A stretch of DNA of 63,974 nt, counting the filler. It is 4 parts of 4 records of this genome, joined end to end, with 100 filler letters (N's around TTAATTAATTAA, not from the genome) between each part and the next. Parts side by side here need not be neighbours in the genome. Positions count along the whole stretch, not along the records: positions 59,028 to 63,974 come from SRR20825010_5176; 3 more parts are not named here. One strand, written 5' to 3'. Below the pieces are notes generated by a model, which was not told the DNA's origin, made no database searches, and worked only from the letters and a program-made list of their open reading frames with translations. Shown here piece by piece: positions 61,946 to 63,974 of this stretch. The translations under genes were made by a program, and so were the position numbers. Position 1 is the stretch's first letter. Every line of letters starts with the position of its first letter.

Positions 61946-63973
61946 CTACTTCAAACCGTTGGGAAAATTCCCCTTGGTTGTGAAGGTCTGACCCTTATGC
62001 TTCTTGCCCAGCCGCTTGCCCTCGCCGCCGCTTTTGCCGGTGCCCGCAGGCTGCCAGTTCGGGATCAGGTGTTTTTTGCCCGGCCCGATAAGGTCAGCGC
62101 GCCCCATATTTTTCAGGGCCTCGCGCAGCAGCGGCCAGTTTTCAGCATCGTGATAGCGCAAAAATGCCTTATGCAACCGGCGTTGCTTCAGCCCCTTGAT
62201 GGTGGGCACGTCTTCCGACACACCGCGCCGCACGGCCTTGAGCGGGTTCTTGCCCGAATGATACATGGCGGTCGCCAGCGCCATCGGCGACGGCAGAAAG
62301 GTCTGCACCTGATCGGCGCGATAGCCGTTGCGCTTCAGCCAGATCGCGAGGTTCATCATGTCCTCGTCCTCAGTGCCAGGATGCGCCGCGATGAAATAAG
62401 GAATAAGGAAATATTTTTTGCCCGCCTTCTTCGTGGCGTCATCGAACATTTTCTTGAAGCGGTCGTAAGTCCCGATGCCCGGCTTCATCATCTTGGTCAG
62501 CGGACCATGCTCGGTATGCTCCGGCGCGATCTTCAGATAACCGCCAACGTGATGGGTCACAAGCTCCTTCACATAGGTGGGACTTTCCACCGCGAGGTCA
62601 TAGCGCACGCCTGAGGCCACCATGACCTTCTTGATGCCGGGAATTTCGCGCGCCTTGCGATAAAGCCCGATCAGCGCCTCATGGCTCGTATTGAGGTTCG
62701 GACAAATGCCGGGATAGACGCATGACGGACGGCGGCACAGGGCTTCCGTGCGCTCATCCTTGCAGGCCATGCGATACATATTCGCCGTCGGCCCGCCAAT
62801 ATCAGAAATGATACCGGTAAAGCCCTCAACCTTGTCACGCACAGTCTCGATCTCTTTCAAAATCGATTCTTCCGAACGGTTCTGGATGATGCGGCCTTCA
62901 TGCTCGGTAATCGAGCAGAAGGAGCAACCACCAAAACAGCCGCGCATAATCGTGACGGAGGTTTTGATCATATCCCATGCAGGTATCTTCGCGCCGTCAT
63001 AAGCGGGATGGGGCGAACGCGCATAAGGCAGATCATAAACCGCATCCATTTCCGGCGTCGTCAGCGGAATAGGCGGCGGCGTCAACCAAAGCTCCTGATT
63101 GCCATGGCGCTGCACAAGCCCGCGCGCATTGCCCGGATTGCTTTCCCGATGCAGCACGCGTGACGCGCGCGCATATGTTTCCGGATCGCTGGAAACCTGT
63201 TCATAAGACGGCAGACGGATCACAGTCTGTTTATTGCTGGCGCGTGCGCCTTCGTCGGCTGCCTCAATATCGTCGGCAGGCGCTTCCGCCCAGCCATCCG
63301 GCACAGATGATTTGATCACAGCCACACCGCGCAGATCGTCGATCTCGGAGGGTTTCTCGCCCTTGGCAATACGATGCGTCACTTCCACAACAGCGCGTTC
63401 GGCATTGCCGTAAAGCAGAATGTCGGCTTTCGCATCCACAAGGATCGAGCGGCGCACCTTGTCGGACCAGTAATCGTAATGCGCGATCCGGCGCAGCGAG
63501 CTTTCAATGCCGCCAAGCACAATCGGCACGTCTTTATAAGCTTCACGGCAGCGTTGCGCATAAACGATGGTCGAGCGGTCAGGCCGCTTGCCGCCCTCGC
63601 CGCCGGGCGTATAGCTGTCATTATGGCGCAACCGGCGATCCGACGTATATCGGTTCACCATCGAATCCATATTGCCGCCCGTCACACCGAAATAAAGCGC
63701 CGGCTTGCCCAGCACCTTGAACGGCTCCGCGCTCTGCCAGTCAGGCTGCGAGATAATGCCGACACGAAACCCCTGCGCTTCCAGCAAACGACCAATAATC
63801 GCCATGCCAAAGCTCGGGTGATCCACATAGGCGTCCCCCGTCACCAGAATGACGTCGCACTGGTCCCAGCCCAGCAAATCCATTTCATCCCGCGACATGG
63901 GAAGAAAAGGAGCTGTGCCAAATTTATGCGCCCAGTGTTTGCGCCAGGAAAAGAGGGGTTTTGCGGCTTCCAT
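61946..63973 (-). CDS. ygiQ: YgiQ family (UPF0313) radical SAM protein
   Basis: [63 protein letters not shown]. Confidence 0.93.
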   Translation of the reverse strand: MEAAKPLFSWRKHWAHKFGTAPFLPMSRDEMDLLGWDQCDVILVTGDAYVDHPSFGMAIIGRLLEAQGFRVGIISQPDWQSAEPFKVLGKPALYFGVTGGNMDSMVNRYTSDRRLRHNDSYTPGGEGGKRPDRSTIVYAQRCREAYKDVPIVLGGIESSLRRIAHYDYWSDKVRRSILVDAKADILLYGNAERAVVEVTHRIAKGEKPSEIDDLRGVAVIKSSVPDGWAEAPADDIEAADEGARASNKQTVIRLPSYEQVSSDPETYARASRVLHRESNPGNARGLVQRHGNQELWLTPPPIPLTTPEMDAVYDLPYARSPHPAYDGAKIPAWDMIKTSVTIMRGCFGGCSFCSITEHEGRIIQNRSEESILKEIETVRDKVEGFTGIISDIGGPTANMYRMACKDERTEALCRRPSCVYPGICPNLNTSHEALIGLYRKAREIPGIKKVMVASGVRYDLAVESPTYVKELVTHHVGGYLKIAPEHTEHGPLTKMMKPGIGTYDRFKKMFDDATKKAGKKYFLIPYFIAAHPGTEDEDMMNLAIWLKRNGYRADQVQTFLPSPMALATAMYHSGKNPLKAVRRGVSEDVPTIKGLKQRRLHKAFLRYHDAENWPLLREALKNMGRADLIGPGKKHLIPNWQPAGTGKSGGEGKRLGKKHKGQTFTTKGNFPNGLK

Positions 63974-63974
63974 G

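Overview
Alphaproteobacterial sequence made of four separate contigs joined by artificial 100-nt linkers (N44-TTAATTAATTAA-N44 at 30209-30308, 40085-40184, 58928-59027), so adjacency across linkers means nothing. Contig 1 (1-30208) is mostly core genome: thrS, infC (AUC start), hemH, rpmI-rplT-pheS-pheT, class I lysS, ompW, a Zur-boxed COG0523 GTPase, a DinG helicase, leuA with a Leu-rich leader peptide and hemA. It also has two orphan tandem-paralogue pairs and four CGTC-type REP-like elements. Contig 2 (30309-40084) has a DeoR/PhnDCEE-like/HAD cluster, a Tat-dioxygenase-fold plus ferric-reductase pair, and an RTX protein divergent from a nucleotide-sugar dehydrogenase with two CtrA-type boxes between them. 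Contig 3 (40185-58927) is accessory and the most interesting part. Unrelated cargo blocks (PDZ protein, small acidic protein, Mokosh-II-like helicase-PLD, two CPBP proteases plus a DUF6544-like protein, and a SARP-TPR/PAP2/subtilase module) are punctuated by copies of one degenerate ~70-160 bp repeat with fixed internal spacing. A tyrosine recombinase gene there is broken exactly at one repeat copy. I read this as a candidate integron-like but non-IntI cassette array (inference). Contig 4 (59028-63974) has a DUF1013/TrcR-like gene, a double FixL-type heme-PAS hybrid kinase and a YgiQ radical SAM gene. No rRNA, tRNA or CRISPR array was recognised. All family calls come from motif recognition by eye, not database searches.
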